A DNA stretch of 64,000 bases from Podarcis pityusensis (lineage: Eukaryota), in assembly GCA_964106645.2 (NCBI GenBank), contig OZ067046.1, one strand, 5' to 3'. Each line of letters opens with the position of its first letter. Position 1 is the first letter of the stretch. The notes beneath the pieces were generated by a model. That model did not search any database, was not told the DNA's origin, and saw nothing but the letters and a program-made list of their open reading frames with translations. Shown piece after piece: positions 25,401-39,345 of this stretch. The position numbers and the translations under genes are program-made.

Positions 25401-28400
25401 GTTGGAAGCTGCCCGGAGTGGCTGGGGAAACCCAGCCAGATGGGCGGGGTATAAATAAATTTGTTGTTGTTGTCGTTGTTAATGACTTGGATGAATGAAT
25501 TGAGGGGATGCTCATCAAATTTGCAGATGGCACCAAACTGGGAGGGGTAGCTAATGACGCAGAAGATAGAATTCAAAATGACCTTAACTGATTGGAGAAC
25601 TGGGCGCAAGCTAACAAAATGAATTTCAATAGAGACAAATGTAAGGTTCTGCACTTAGACAGGAAGAACCAAATGCACAACTATAGGATGGGAGACACCT
25701 GGCTTACTAGCATTACATGTGAAAAGGATTTAAGGGACTTGGTAGATCACAAGCTTAACATGAGTCAACAGTGTGATGCAGCAGTAAAAAAAAGTTAATG
25801 CTATTCTAGGCTGCATCAACAGAAGTATAGTGTCCAGACCAAGGGAAGTAATAGTACCACTCTGTTCTGCCTTAGGGGACATGGGTGGCGCTGTGGGTTA
25901 AACCAAAGAGCCTAGGGCTTGCCAATCAGAAGGTCAGCGGTTCGAATCCCCGCGATGGGGTGAGCTCCTGTTCCTCTGTCCCAGCACCTGCCAACCTAGC
26001 AGTTCGAAAATACGTCAGAGTGCGAGTAGATAAATAGGTACCACTGCGGCGGGAAGGTAAACAGCGTTTCCGTGCGCTGCTCTGGTTTGCCAGAAGTGGC
26101 TTAGTCATGCTGGCCACATGACCTGGAAGCTGTACGCCGGCTCCCTCAGCCAATAAAGTGAGATGAGCGCCGCAACCCCAGAGTCAGTCACGACTGCACC
26201 TAATGGTCAGGGGTCCCTTTACCTTTTTATTCTGCCGTGGTCAGACCTCACCTGGAATACTGTGTCCAATTCTGGTCACCATAATTTAAGAAGGATGTTG
26301 ACAAGCTGGAATGTGTACAGAGGAGAACAATCAAGAGGAGATATGATAGCCATCTTCAAATATCTCAAGGGCTGTCACATGGAAGAGGGAGGAAGCTTGT
26401 TTTCTCCTCAGGTGGATAGGACCTGAACCAATAGCTTCAAGTTCCAAGAAAGGAGATTCCCAATAAACATCAGGGAGAACTTTCTGACAGTAAGAGCTGT
26501 TTGACAGTGGAATGTTCTCTCTCCTTCACTAGAGGTTTTTAAGCAGAGATTGGATGGCCATCTGTCTTGGATGCTTTAGTTGACACTCCTGCATTGCAGA
26601 GGGTTTGCATTACAGGACTAGATGACCCTCAGAGTCCTGCTCTGGAGGGTAGGATTCGAGGCTGTGGCTTCAAGTTACAAGAAAGGAGATTACGACTAAA
26701 CATTCAGAAAAACTTTCTGACAGTAAGAGCTGTGTGGCAGTGGAACAGACTCCCACGAGAGGTGGTGGACTCTCCTTCCTTGGAAGTTTTTAAACAGGTT
26801 GGATGGCCATCTGTCATGGATGGTTTAGCTGAGATTCCTGCGTTTCAGGGAGTTGGACTAGATGGCCCTTGAGGGTCCCTTCCAACTCTTAAGATTCTAT
26901 GATTCTGTAAGGATAGGTGTACCTGTCGATTATTAAGTAAACTTCAGTTCCAAAGCGGTCACAAGTTAGGCATTAGTCCCTCACGTTAGATGTGGCAAGT
27001 TGAAGGCGAGGCTGTAAAATCAATTTTAGAAATAATAAAAACTGCTTTCGTATTATAATTTCTGGTTTTCCTTCCAGCTGGCTGAAATTAAAGTGAAACT
27101 TATGGAAGCAAAAGATGCATTGGAGAAAAGTGTGGCTTTGCAGGATTTCAGCCAGGCATCCCTGTTGAAAGAGAGAATAATGGAACTGGAAAGCATTAAA
27201 AGTGACCTGTTAAAAGAGGCCGAGGAGCCTCCAGCCAAAGAAATATGCATGGAAAAGGTGCTGACCTTTACACCAGCTACTCGGGTTCAGTTACATCGTT
27301 TTTAAATAAGCATGAATGTATTTGTGTGGTTTTTTTAATTGGTACAAAGTAAACCTTAAAGAAGTATACTTCTCATGTTGATGTGTTGTAATGCTGACAT
27401 CAAATAACAGTTTCTGTGTGATTATTTAGGCTTTGTACACAGTGTCTATTTCTCAATTATGAAGGACTAGAGAAACCTTGGACCAACCCTAGTATCTTAA
27501 AGGGATGGAATTGGAGATACAGTTTGTGGGGTGTGAAGGTGGCATTCTACAGTGTGTTCAAATAATTATTATTTTCTCCCCCCCTTTTTTTTAAAAAAAA
27601 GAGTGATCCTGAAACATTACTGAAATGTCTGATGATGTGCAACGAACTTCTCAAGCAGCTGTCCCTTTCGAAAGGATTAGGCCCAACAATGGATGCAATA
27701 ATTGAATCTTTGGTAGGTGACAACAAAAGATGACATACCTGGGAGTTGAGAATATGTATTCTGAGCTGCCTGAATATTAATATTCCATTTCTGAACTTTG
27801 TAAATGCATATTTGGACAACCAAGGACAGAAATCAGAGGGTTAGGCTGGGCCTCAGAGACTCTCGCCTCATCTCTTTGCAGAACAATAGAATCTGGAGGA
27901 TCAAACCATCTACTCCAGACCTGACATAGATCGCTAAGCATCATTTTTGTGCCAATTTTTAAAATTAATTTCCCAATAGTTCCCCAATAATAGTCCAATC
28001 ATAACAATATCAGTTAATACAATTGTTCAAATACCAATTAATTCCCAGTTAATACATTTTGGTTAAAGTGGTTCCCTGCGTAGTGGATTTAATGCATTCC
28101 TGATAATATATTTTTGCATTCCATAATCTTATTTATTTCACTTACATTACAGTTAAAATAGTACTGTAATACTTTATACTACAACTGCATTCTTAATGAT
28201 TTCTAATTGTATTATTATATTACTTAACTTTATAAAACTTCAAGTGAGGAGCTGTAACTGTTATCATTGTTCTGTCCTGCGTGTGAAAACTGTTATGTCC
28301 GTGGAGATTCCTTCTGATCATATATGGCAGGGGTCAGCAACCTTTTTCAGCCGTGGGCTGGTCCACCATCCCTCAGACCATGTGGTGGGGGGGGGGGCGG

Positions 28401-31400
28401 ACTATATTTTGGGGAAAAAAATAATGAATGAATTCCTATGCCCCACAAATAACCCAGATATGCATTTTAAATAAAAGGACACATTCTACTCATGTGAAAA
28501 CACGCTGATTCCGCAGGCCGGATTGAGAAGGTGATTGGGCCGCATCTGGCCCCTGGGCCTTAGGTTGCCTACCCCTGATATATGGTGTATCTTCCACTTT
28601 TTCGACTGTTGTCTCCCATCATGGCTTGGGGCAGAACTCTATCTCTCAACCCCTTGATTCAATGTTTCAAATCCACTCTGTCCCACTGATTAAACTGTCT
28701 CAGATCTTCGCCATTCTCCCCCCCCCCCCCCAGCCTGGGAAGAGTGGGCTATTTTCAAACGTCCAGATGATTCAGTTCTCCTTTTGAACTCCTAAGACCT
28801 CTGCATTCCTTTTTCTCCCACAGCCCGCAGTTTCTTTTCATCCTTACAGCTGAGATTTATGGCCAATTATCCTTCAACTTAGATTGCATTCCAAATCATC
28901 TCAAGTAGTGATATGGGAGGTTGGATTTGCTTTGGTACACACAGCCAATCTCCATCCTTAAGGCGCTTGTTGGTCAGTTCTGCTTAGCCTGGAATGCCTG
29001 ATAGCCTATCTTCCTTGCCTCTACCAACCACTGAAAAGACAGAGCAGTGAAAATTTCAGGGAGGAAGAAAAGTGATTCCATTTCTAATGTAAAACTTATG
29101 AAGAATTAGTTCTGTTCTTTATTCTGCGCTTTCAAATAAATGCAAAAATTACTATTCCGGGGTGGGAGTGAGGTGTTAACTAGACAGATTGCCTGTTTGA
29201 ATATTCCTATGATAAGTTCTGAAAGGGTGGAAGTCAGGTGTAGATGAGAATCACCTTTCATTTTCCTGTTTAGTTGTCTGAAGGAGATTCTTACTCACCC
29301 CAGATAAGCAATTTAATGACTGTTTGGAAGATTATGTCAAGCTTTACATGAAATGTGCATTACTGTTTGTTTAGATCATCCCAGGAGTTACTAATATCCA
29401 TCCAGCTGTAAGAAATTTGGCAGTTTTATGTTTGGGTGGCTGTGGTTTGCAGAGCGAAGAATTTGCCAGCCAGCACCTTGCATTGCTGTTGCAGGTAAAT
29501 ATTCTACATTGTGACCTTTCTAAATTATCTCATTTAAATTAAGAAACTTTATCGCTTTGAAAAGTAGTGGGGTGTAAAGGCTCGTTTAACTTGCATATCT
29601 TTCCATGGAAAGGTGCAATGGGAAGCGATTTGCTAATTGATGAACCTGGCATATCAACAATTGACCCCCATATTAGTAAACTTGGACTTTCTTTTTTGGC
29701 TCAGTACAAGAATGCATGGCCTCTTACTGTGTCATGATGAGGCAAGTTCTCTTGCATATTGAAATCTTTCCTTCCAATTGGATGATTAAGAGGTGATTGG
29801 TTGTTACCCTAGTGAGAAAGAGAGCTGCAGAGCTGTAGTTTCCCACATATAAGTGGAGTTAAGAATTGGATCTCCAACCTTGGCACCACTTCATGTAGAA
29901 GGAAGCAAAAACAAATTAGAGATGAGCTTTCGGTGTCTCCAAATTTGGGAGTTGTGTACAGCTATTAACCAAATGAAAAACAACAAAGCCCCAGTCGTTC
30001 ATTATTACCTAAGAATGTGCAGCTTTTCTTATTGTTTTTTAATCTTTTTATAACTTGGGGTTATTAGCATTTTTGGGATGCGGGTGGCACTGTGGGTTAA
30101 ATCACAGAGCCTAGGACTTGCCGATCAGAAGGTTGGCGGTTCAAATCCCCACAACGGGGTGAGCTCCTGTTGCTCGGTCCCTGCTCCTGCCAACCTAGCA
30201 GTTTGAAAGCACGTCAAAGTAGATAAATAGGTACCGCTCCGGCGGGAAGATAAACGGTGTTTCCGTGCGCTGCTCTGGTTCGCCAGAAGCGGCTTAGTCA
30301 TGCTGGCCACATGACCTGGAAGCTGTACACCGGCTCCCTCGGCCAATAAAGCGAGATGAGCGCCGCAACCCCAGAGTCGGCCACGACTGGACCTAATGGT
30401 CAGGGGTCCCTTTACCTTTACCTTTATTAGCATTTTCAGGGAGGGGGGATTAAGAGACAATAGTGTGCAAAACCGACACAGAAGGCAAGGGGATTAAATT
30501 GGTCACATTTATGAATTCAGATATCCTGTTCATCTTTCTAATGCCAGGTCTTGCAAATTGATGAAATAAAGGTAAAACTAAGTGCTTTAAAGGCTGTCTT
30601 TGACCAACTGATGATGTTCGGGATGGAACCTTTCAAAGCAAAAAAGGGAAAATGTGCCCAAAGTGAAAATGAAGAGAATGAAAATGAAAAGAGTGGAAAT
30701 GAAGAGAATGAAAATGAGGTGACTAAGGAAACTGAAGAAGAAACTGCAACTACCCACAATCTCCTTCAGCTACTTTCTGGGTTCTTAGACAGTGAGGTAA
30801 GGTCATGAAATCAGCTAATATTAATACATGGGGTTTTATTGTTGTTTTTTTTAACAAAAGGATAGAAGTATGTTGGTTATTAAATATGAAAGCAACAACT
30901 GGTATGTTTTGCAGCTTATTATTTCAACAGAGCTAAGTATGTAAAACTGACTTACAAAAGACATTTTTGCTGCTGCTACATGTTTGTTTACATAGATTCA
31001 CTACTTTTCCTTATTTCTTGGGCTCAGGACAGGCAGCAGGAGGAGCTCACAGTCCTAGATAACATTAGTACATTAAAGAGTTTTGCTTCCAAGATAAAAG
31101 GTGGAAAGACCTCATAGTTTGGAATTAGCATTAGGGGAAAAAAGTTGATTATATATATTTTCTCTGTGAACTAATTTAGGTCAGTGGAGATGACGAAAGT
31201 TAGAATAAATGATAATGGACCTTCTCTGGGGAAGATAATGTAGTTTGCAGTGGGGCAGCCCTTTCCGAGGTAGTGAGAAAGAACAATTGGTTCTTGTCTG
31301 ACAGGTGTTGTCTTGGAGGTGTTGAACACATGGTATGGTGCCATCTTGTGGCTGAAGGCAGGAGATTCAGACTGGTCTTTGTCCATTGGCCATGCCTCCA

Positions 31401-34400
31401 TCACCTCAGTCATTTGAATGGATCAGACTAAACTCATGTAAGGAAATTAGTGCCTGAAAAGCAGTAAAACAATCAACCAAACTACAGAAACTTAGTAAAA
31501 AGGGCATTGCAGCAAACACATAGGTCCACCCAGTTGGCTGCCTTTCTATTTTTTCTCCTATCTATGCTGTCTCTTCAACACCTCTGAGGAATACCTGTCC
31601 AATGGACAAATACCAGTCGGCTTTCCCCATCTTTAGCCACAGGAGGGCAGCATAACCCACCATGTTGGGTGTTCACCATCTCTGGAGAGAGAAAAAACAT
31701 TACAAAGGGTCACCCAGTGCAATTGCCTCCATCCCCTTTAAACTCTGTTTTAGAGGCTGTGTAATACGTGTGAGAGGTTTTACTTTTGCAGATGTGCTAG
31801 GGTGTCACAATTTATGGTTTCTTCTTTACACTGTTGCTTTTTATAGAGCTGATATATCTACTGTATGAGTGATCCCATACCACAGATGATTGAGGGCTGT
31901 CAAGTGCTGTTGTATTAATCTTACTGTACGAAACCCAAATAGCTTGCTCTTTTTCCTTTCTAGGCTAAATGAACAAATGCAACCCTAAGTAAAACCTTTT
32001 TCTAGATTTCAGAACTCAGGACCGTATCTGCTGAGGGCCTAGCCAAACTCATGTTCTCTGGGCGACTGATTAGTGCTAAGCTGCTTTCTCGACTTGTTTT
32101 GTTGTGGTATAATCCGGTGACTGAAGAAGATACCTGTCTCCGACATTCCCTAGGCGTTTTCTTCCCTTTATTTGCTTACTCAAATAGGTACGACTCTTGC
32201 CACTCCACTTTCCCCCTCCTTTTTCTACATTTTAACCAGTTTGAATTTAACATAATTGGACAACAGGAGGAAAAAAGTTTGTTTTTATGCTTTTATGAGA
32301 AAAGTTGCCTGACAGTGTAGTGCACTCCTATACATGCCTATTCCAAAGTTAGATCCACTGAGTTCAGTGGGATTTATTCCCGGGTAAATGTGCATAGGAT
32401 TGCAGTCTCATCTCATTCTTTCTAACCTTGTCCTCCAGATGCCTAGCTACCGTGAGTAGCTTATCTTGGTTTAGTGTGCTGGGCAAGGCCACTTTACATT
32501 TCTGTACCTCCCTATGGTTATCTATCCAATTTGCTTGGGCAGAACCCAATATTTCATTTGTTCCTCACTTGAGTTTGGAAGAACTTCCTATAGTTTTGCT
32601 TTATTTCAAGTTTCTAGAAGTAGAATTTTGATATCAAAGAGCCCGGTTTTACAAGACTATAAAGGTATATTCCCCCCTGTATTGGGGATGTGCATGGGAA
32701 GCATAGATGACTTGGGTCCTCCATTAATGCATAGAAATTACAAGACAAACAAGTTCCCTTGAATGTGTATTACAAGATCTGGACATACTTTCTGGAATGC
32801 TTCTTGTAATGCATTATATTAACATCTACTCCATTTAAAAAATCCAGGACAAATCAGGAATGCTTCGGAGAAGCTTTTCTTCCAACTTTAAAAATATTGT
32901 TTAATGCTCCTGCATCTTCACCATTGTCTGAAGTTGATGCAGCAAATGTTTCTGAGTTGTTTGTGGACCTGACAAGACCAAGTGGGCTGGATCACAGCGC
33001 TAAGAATTCACGGAACTACCAGGTATGCAGAGTCCTATCCTATTTTGCTGAAGCTGAGATTGAGCAGTGCCTCCTGATACCTGGTAAATGCTACAAGATG
33101 ATTGTGGCACAGGAATTTTCAATATTTGATTCTTTCCCCGTCAGCCTTCCCCCTTTTTGGCAGCTTGGGAGCCGCAGTCGGGAGGGGCGCTGTTGTCCCA
33201 CACCCCCGACGGCCCTTGTGGTGGCATCTGGGGGGGGGGGTGCTCTCCGTTCCGGCCTTGGAAGGCAAGGCCAATTTTTGTAAGGTTGTGCTGCTTTAGG
33301 GAGAAGGAGCCATGTCGCTTTGCTGGCTACCTTCCCCCGTCTTTTCGGTGGCTTGCGGACAGGATGGGTGCCTGTGATGCCCTGGAACTCGGACTCGGAG
33401 CCAGAGGAGTCTCAGTCTGCACCGGATCCTTTGCCCCAGGTGGCATCTGAACCTAGTCTGGGGCCTGATTCTGAAGAGCCCCAGTCTGCACAGGTTCCCC
33501 TGCAACAAGCACCAGCTGGGCTGAGTCAGGAGCCTGAGTCTGCCCTGGCTCCAGATGCGGGGATTACCTTGTTGCCTTCAGCTGGGCAATCACTTACAGC
33601 TGCCCCACTACCAGTTGGGTCAGGGGGAGGCTGAGGTGGCCTCTGGGTCTAGTAATCCACCAACGTCTCCCGAGCTGCAGAGACTGAGGTCTGAGAGAAG
33701 GAGAGGCCTGAGTACTCGCAGGAGGAGTGCTCGCCTTCAGGTGAGACAGGGAAGTGAGTCATCGGGGGATCAGGACCGGCCGTTAGCCCGTCAGAGATAA
33801 AAGGCTGCTGGACCCTGCCCCAGGTTGCGGGAGCAACATTGCTGCTTGCTGGAACCTGCCTGTTACCCTGTGCCAAGCCTCCCCCAAGCTGCCGAAAAGA
33901 AGGGAGGAAGGCCACCGGACTTTTTTTCTTTCCCCCTCCTTGAATTTTAAAGGTGTGGCTTATATTCGGGCCAATACGGTAACTGCAGAAAATTCTTAAA
34001 CCATAAAGACACTTGTAATGTGGATTTTTAAAATTTATTTTTTGGTCATTATGGTTATATAATAAATAGGTAAAGGTAAAGGTAAACTGACCATTAGGTT
34101 CAGTCGCGGACGACTCTGGGGTTGCGGCGCTCATTTCGCTTTATTGGCCGAGAGAGCCGGCTTACAGCTTCCGGGTCATGTGGCCAGCATGACTAAGCCG
34201 CTTCTGGTGAACCAGAGCAGCGCACGGAAACGCCGTTTACCTTCCCACCGGAGCAGTACCTATTTATCTACTTGCACTTTGACATGCTTTCAAACGGCTA
34301 GGTTGGCAGGAGCAGGGACCGAGCAACGGGAGCTCACCCTGTCGCGGGGATTTGAACCGCCGACCTTCTGATCGGCAAGCCCTAGGCTCTGTGGTTTAAC

Positions 34401-37400
34401 CCACAGCGCCACCCGTGTCCCCTATATAATAAATAGATAAGGGTAAAAGAGGCAGTTAATTTAATCTTAAAGATGGAATGCATAGAGGAAGGGGAGGAGG
34501 TCTGAGGGTTTGAAAGAACTCTATTTTAATGTTGGAAATCGTTTTGTTTTATACGTATACAAGTTTTTCAAAAACTCAAAAATTATTTTAAAAAGGAAAT
34601 TCTTAAACAATATGCAGTCAGATATTATGACGTACTATTACCTTTTCCAGGGGTTGACAGTTCATGATAATTTGGCAGTGAAAATATGCCATGAAATCTT
34701 GATGGATCCAAGTGCGCCTGATGTCCGTATCTATGTAAAAGCTTTGAGTTCCTTAGAACTTAATAAAGACTTCACAAAAGACCTGCTGGTTTTATTAGAT
34801 GAGATCCTTGGGGTAGGTAATCACTTTTTAAATTAAATTTGGAGTGTTTGTGTGTGGAATAGTGCTTAAATGGTAGCCCCTTAGCTTCATTTGCCATAAG
34901 TAGAACTTAACTGAATAGGAGAGATCCTTTAAAACAAGAACTTCCTGACCATGTGAGATAACTTTGGTTTTTATGGTGCAAGTTGCCTCTGAGTCAAGTA
35001 ATTAATAAATGACCCTGTAGAACTTCATTTTGGAAAACACGTATTGTTGATGATAAGCCTTTATTTGCTTTTATTCTGCCGATTCTAAAAAACCCATAGA
35101 ATTAAAACGAGTGACTTTAAACCTTGGTATAAATGTTTTCCAGCACATTCCTATATCTCTCATGTTGCTGTTTGATTATTGGCAGTTATTAACTTGGGCT
35201 TCTTTGTTAATGTGTGTGTTAAAGCTGAAGTTAATTTAAACTGCTTTACATCCAAGATGGAGAAAAAGATGCATGTGTTGTTATGTTGATATATGCCCAT
35301 TGCACAATTACTTTATAATTAATTCCCACCATTTAAGGTTGTATTAATATTCACCATTATCCTTCACTGCAGAAATTGAACGATAAAATGTGTTTACGAA
35401 TGATAGAAAAAGTGAAGAGCAACATAAACGGGGAAAACAGAATTAATGGAGGCATCTCTGAAGAGGTACAGGAAACGGACCTTTCTCAAGTAACTCAAGA
35501 CACTGCTAGCCCCGACAAACACCACTATAATGACAGAACATCTAATTCCGCTGACCAGAATGGAGAAGGTAATGTAAAAACAATAAACTAAAAAAGACCT
35601 CTGGTGGTTGTTTTTTAATTCTTCTCTCTAGAATAGCTGTCTAATGTAAAGAGTGTCTGCTGTCTAATGCTGCAACCCTGTACCCACTTATGTGGAAATA
35701 AATCATTGAGGCATATTTCTAAGTAGACATATGCAAGATTGCAATATAAATCAAGTTAACCTGAGAGAAAACTGTTCAACTTTATGCCTGATTCTGTATT
35801 GCCTCTGCATCAAGGAGAGCATCCAATAAGGTTTTTCTGCACAAGACCCACTGAAATGAGTGGGGAGGCATTTATTACATGTACATCCTTTAAATATTTT
35901 TGTATTTTGCTTTATTTATATCTTGCCTTTCCGTCAATGAACGCAAGGTGGAATACAGTGGAACCTCGTGTTACGGACAGGATCCGTTCCGGAGCCCCAC
36001 CCGTAACACGGAACTGACGCGAGCCAAAGGGCCGCATCTGCGCACATGTGCGATGCGATTTAGCACTTCTGCGCATGCACGAGCGGCAAAACCCAGAAGT
36101 AACCTGTTCCGGTACTTCCGGGTTGCCGCAGGACGCAACACGAAGCGGACATAACATGAGGTATGACTACATGGTTTTTCTCTCCCCTTGTTGGATAGCT
36201 TGGCTTCAGAGATGATGATTGTTTCAAGGTTACCTCATTGAGCATCACAAATGAGTGAGGATTTGAACCTCAACAGTGCCAACATCCACTCCCCTCCACA
36301 TTTTTACATGGCGATGTGCAGCAAAATTCTGGTTGAGGCTGCAGGTGCCTGCCATCTTCCTGGAAGTCGCCAGCCTTGACTTTGCTTTGCAAGGCAGCTG
36401 CTCTCGAAAGCATACGGATTGATATGGCTAACTTGACCCAACAATCAATCTCTCTTCCACCACATACGCAAAGAACTCTCGCTGCAGTCAAATGTTGTTG
36501 TTGTTTAGTCGTGTCTGACTCTTTTTGACCCCATGGACCAGAGCATGCCAGGCACTCCTGTCTTCCACTGTCTCCTGCAGTTTGGTCAAACTCATGCTGG
36601 TAGCTTCGAGAACACTGTCCGACCATCTCGTCCTCTGTCGTCCCCTTCTCCTTGCGCCCTCCATCTTTCCCAACATCAGGGTCTTTTCCAGGGAGTCTTC
36701 TCTTCTCATGAGGTGGCCAAAGTATTGGAGCCTCAGCTTCAGGATCTGTCCTTCCAGTGAGCACTCAGGGCTGATTTCCTTCAGAATGGATAGGTTTGAT
36801 CTTCTTGCAGGCCATGGGACTCTCAAGAGTCTCCTCCAGCACCATAATTCAAAAGCATCAATTCTTCAGCGATCAGCCTTCTTTATGGTCCAGCTCTCAC
36901 TTCCATACATCACTACTGGGAAAAAGACAACCAACTGTGCCCTGCCCCTGAGCCTCTCTCACTGCCAAGGAAAAATAATAAATGAATGGAAAGAGAACCT
37001 ATCCAGGATACACTGGCACCAACCCCCCCCCCAAACTAAAAGAATGTTAAGTTTTACCATCACACCCACCCCTTTCCCCCTCTCTTCTCCCCCAACCTTA
37101 TACACTCATAGCTCAGGTTGAATATGCTTCATGTTGAGCGTGTTCGAGCATGCGCTCAAAATGACGTCATGCGCAGAAGCGGCGAAAAGCGATGCGTGCG
37201 TGTGCAGATGTGCCATCGCTAGTTACGTTTGCTTCTGGATGCGAACGGGGCTCCGGAACGGATCCCGTTCGCATCCCGAGGTACCACTGTATTGTATACA
37301 ACACTAATGTTTCGCATCAAATGTAACTGATCTGTAGAAAAGATGTCACAACCTGAAAGAGAGACAAAGTGCATACTTTTGTAACCAGAGAAAATCTTTA

Positions 37401-39303
37401 ATAAAAATTAAGGAAGAAATGAAGGAAGGAAGAGGTACTTACTGGCTACTGTCTCGTAAGCTCGCTTGGGAGCACTAGGGTGGCATGGAGTGATGGGGCT
37501 GATTCAGGGCTCCCCCAGAGGGTACCGTGCCATTTTAGTGGGGACATGTGCAGTAAAACTTTCAATTGGATTTTTGCCCCCTAAATTTAGGGCCTGTGAT
37601 CCTAAACATTTTTTGTGTGAAAAGGACTTCAAATCTCAGAAATGCGTTTAGGGATGCTTGGATACTAATTTCTGCTTTTGATATTCTTTGTGTTAAGTAG
37701 AAAATAAAGAAACCACTCAAATAACTGAAGAGAGAGAAAGCACAACTGCAGTGTCAAGATCTTCAAGAAAGAAAACCACAAAAGGTATTTAATATTCTCC
37801 TGTAAATATATTAATAGTATTTGTTTTGTGAGGGCTTAGAAACATTTTTTAAAATATTTTATTTAATTAAGATTTCCCCATAATACAGTAAAAGTAGAAC
37901 TACAGAAGATACAAACCGAATAAGTAAAATATAAAGTTCTCTCTTAAAAGTAATTATTGGCTCATATAACCCACAGAGGACAGTGGCTCCTCCCAGCTCT
38001 CACCTGGGATCTTTCCTTTCTCCTACCTGCTTCTTACCCTGGGGACCAACATTTCCTTTTTTTTTAAAATAATATTTATTACTTTTCCAAAAAAATTAAA
38101 CACTAAAAAAAGAAAAAACACATACAATACAAAACATTAAACTAACAAAACAAAACAAAACAACAACAATAAAATAAATCTAACAATTTCATTATCCCAT
38201 CTTTCGTTCACTTGTTTCCACGACCTCCTCGCATCTCCCTTTTTGTATTCCACTTCTGTTAATTGTTTCAGCAATTCCTTTCCATCTTCCTGTTTTCTAT
38301 CCTATAATTATCTTAACACATTCTAACCTTATCTTTCCCTTTAATACTCTGTTAATCTATTTATACTTAATTCCTTATAACATTTCTACTAAAGCCATAT
38401 AACTTCATTCCAACATTTTTCTAACATTCATTAATTTTACAGTATTTCTGTAAATAGTCTTTAAACTTTTTCCAATCTTCTTCCACCGACTCTTCTCCCT
38501 GGTCTCGGATTCTGCCAGTCATTTCCGCCAATTCCGTATAGGCCATCAACTTCATCTGAGACCAACATTTCCTTGCCTCTCTCACAGGGTCCTCCATCAA
38601 CCCTCTACCACACCCTCATGAGTATACAATCATTCCTATTGTCTCTTTTAATTATACAGGCAGCAAGCAATTTACACAGGTCTTACAAGTGTAAGCCTAT
38701 CTCACCCTGTTCCGCCGTGCCCCTTTTTGTGACGTTTTGAGGTCATTTCCAGGTTCAGCACATTTGTGTGGTCACGCGCATATCGGACTCGCCTAAAACA
38801 GTTGCTGCCTGTACATTTATCATCTTCATCATTTTATTTTGCTGCTGTGGGCAGAAATATTTTATTTGTTTGTTTATGGGCTTTTTCCAGTTTTATATTT
38901 ACAGATCATATTTTCATCCTTGTACAATAATTCACATAGACTTCACCACCCAGCTTTCCATGGCAGTTCAGATACATCTTATCTACCTGCATATCCATTA
39001 ATTTACCCATCCTCTTTCGCCCCCCCTTCCATATCATTGTTATCACCTGTTGATCGTAAGATTACCCCTACTTGAACGTTAAATTTCACGCCATATCTTT
39101 GTAGATATTCCCCGAAGTTTTCCCACTCATTGTCTGTTTTTTATTTTGATTTCATATTTTATGCTCGCTAATTCTGCATAGTCAGGCAGCCCTGTTCAGG
39201 GAAGTTTTTAATATGTGACATTTTAGTGTATTTTTCATCTTTGTTGGAAGCCGCCCAGAGTGGCTGGGGAAACCCAGCCAGATGGGCGGGGTACAAATAA
39301 TAA

Positions 39304-39345
<42 letters not shown>

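Larger units (their letters stand above)
22150..26906 (+). mobile_element. Decayed CR1 LINE ORF2 (endonuclease to RT to 3' tail) hosting several nested elements
   Basis: TVGVFYRPP..IVIMGD; KSPGPDELHPRVLK; WAQANKMNFNRDKCKVLHL; (ATTCTAT)-type tail at about 26890; many stops and frameshifts. Confidence 0.9.

Noticed and set aside
33320-33800. Pro/Ser/Glu-rich ORFs in an NCAPG intron
   Set aside because: Lie in an LTR-like repeat segment; the flanking NCAPG exons join in frame without them.
36525-37121. 198-aa + strand ORF
   Set aside because: Antisense of Bov-B running into an L1 UTR.
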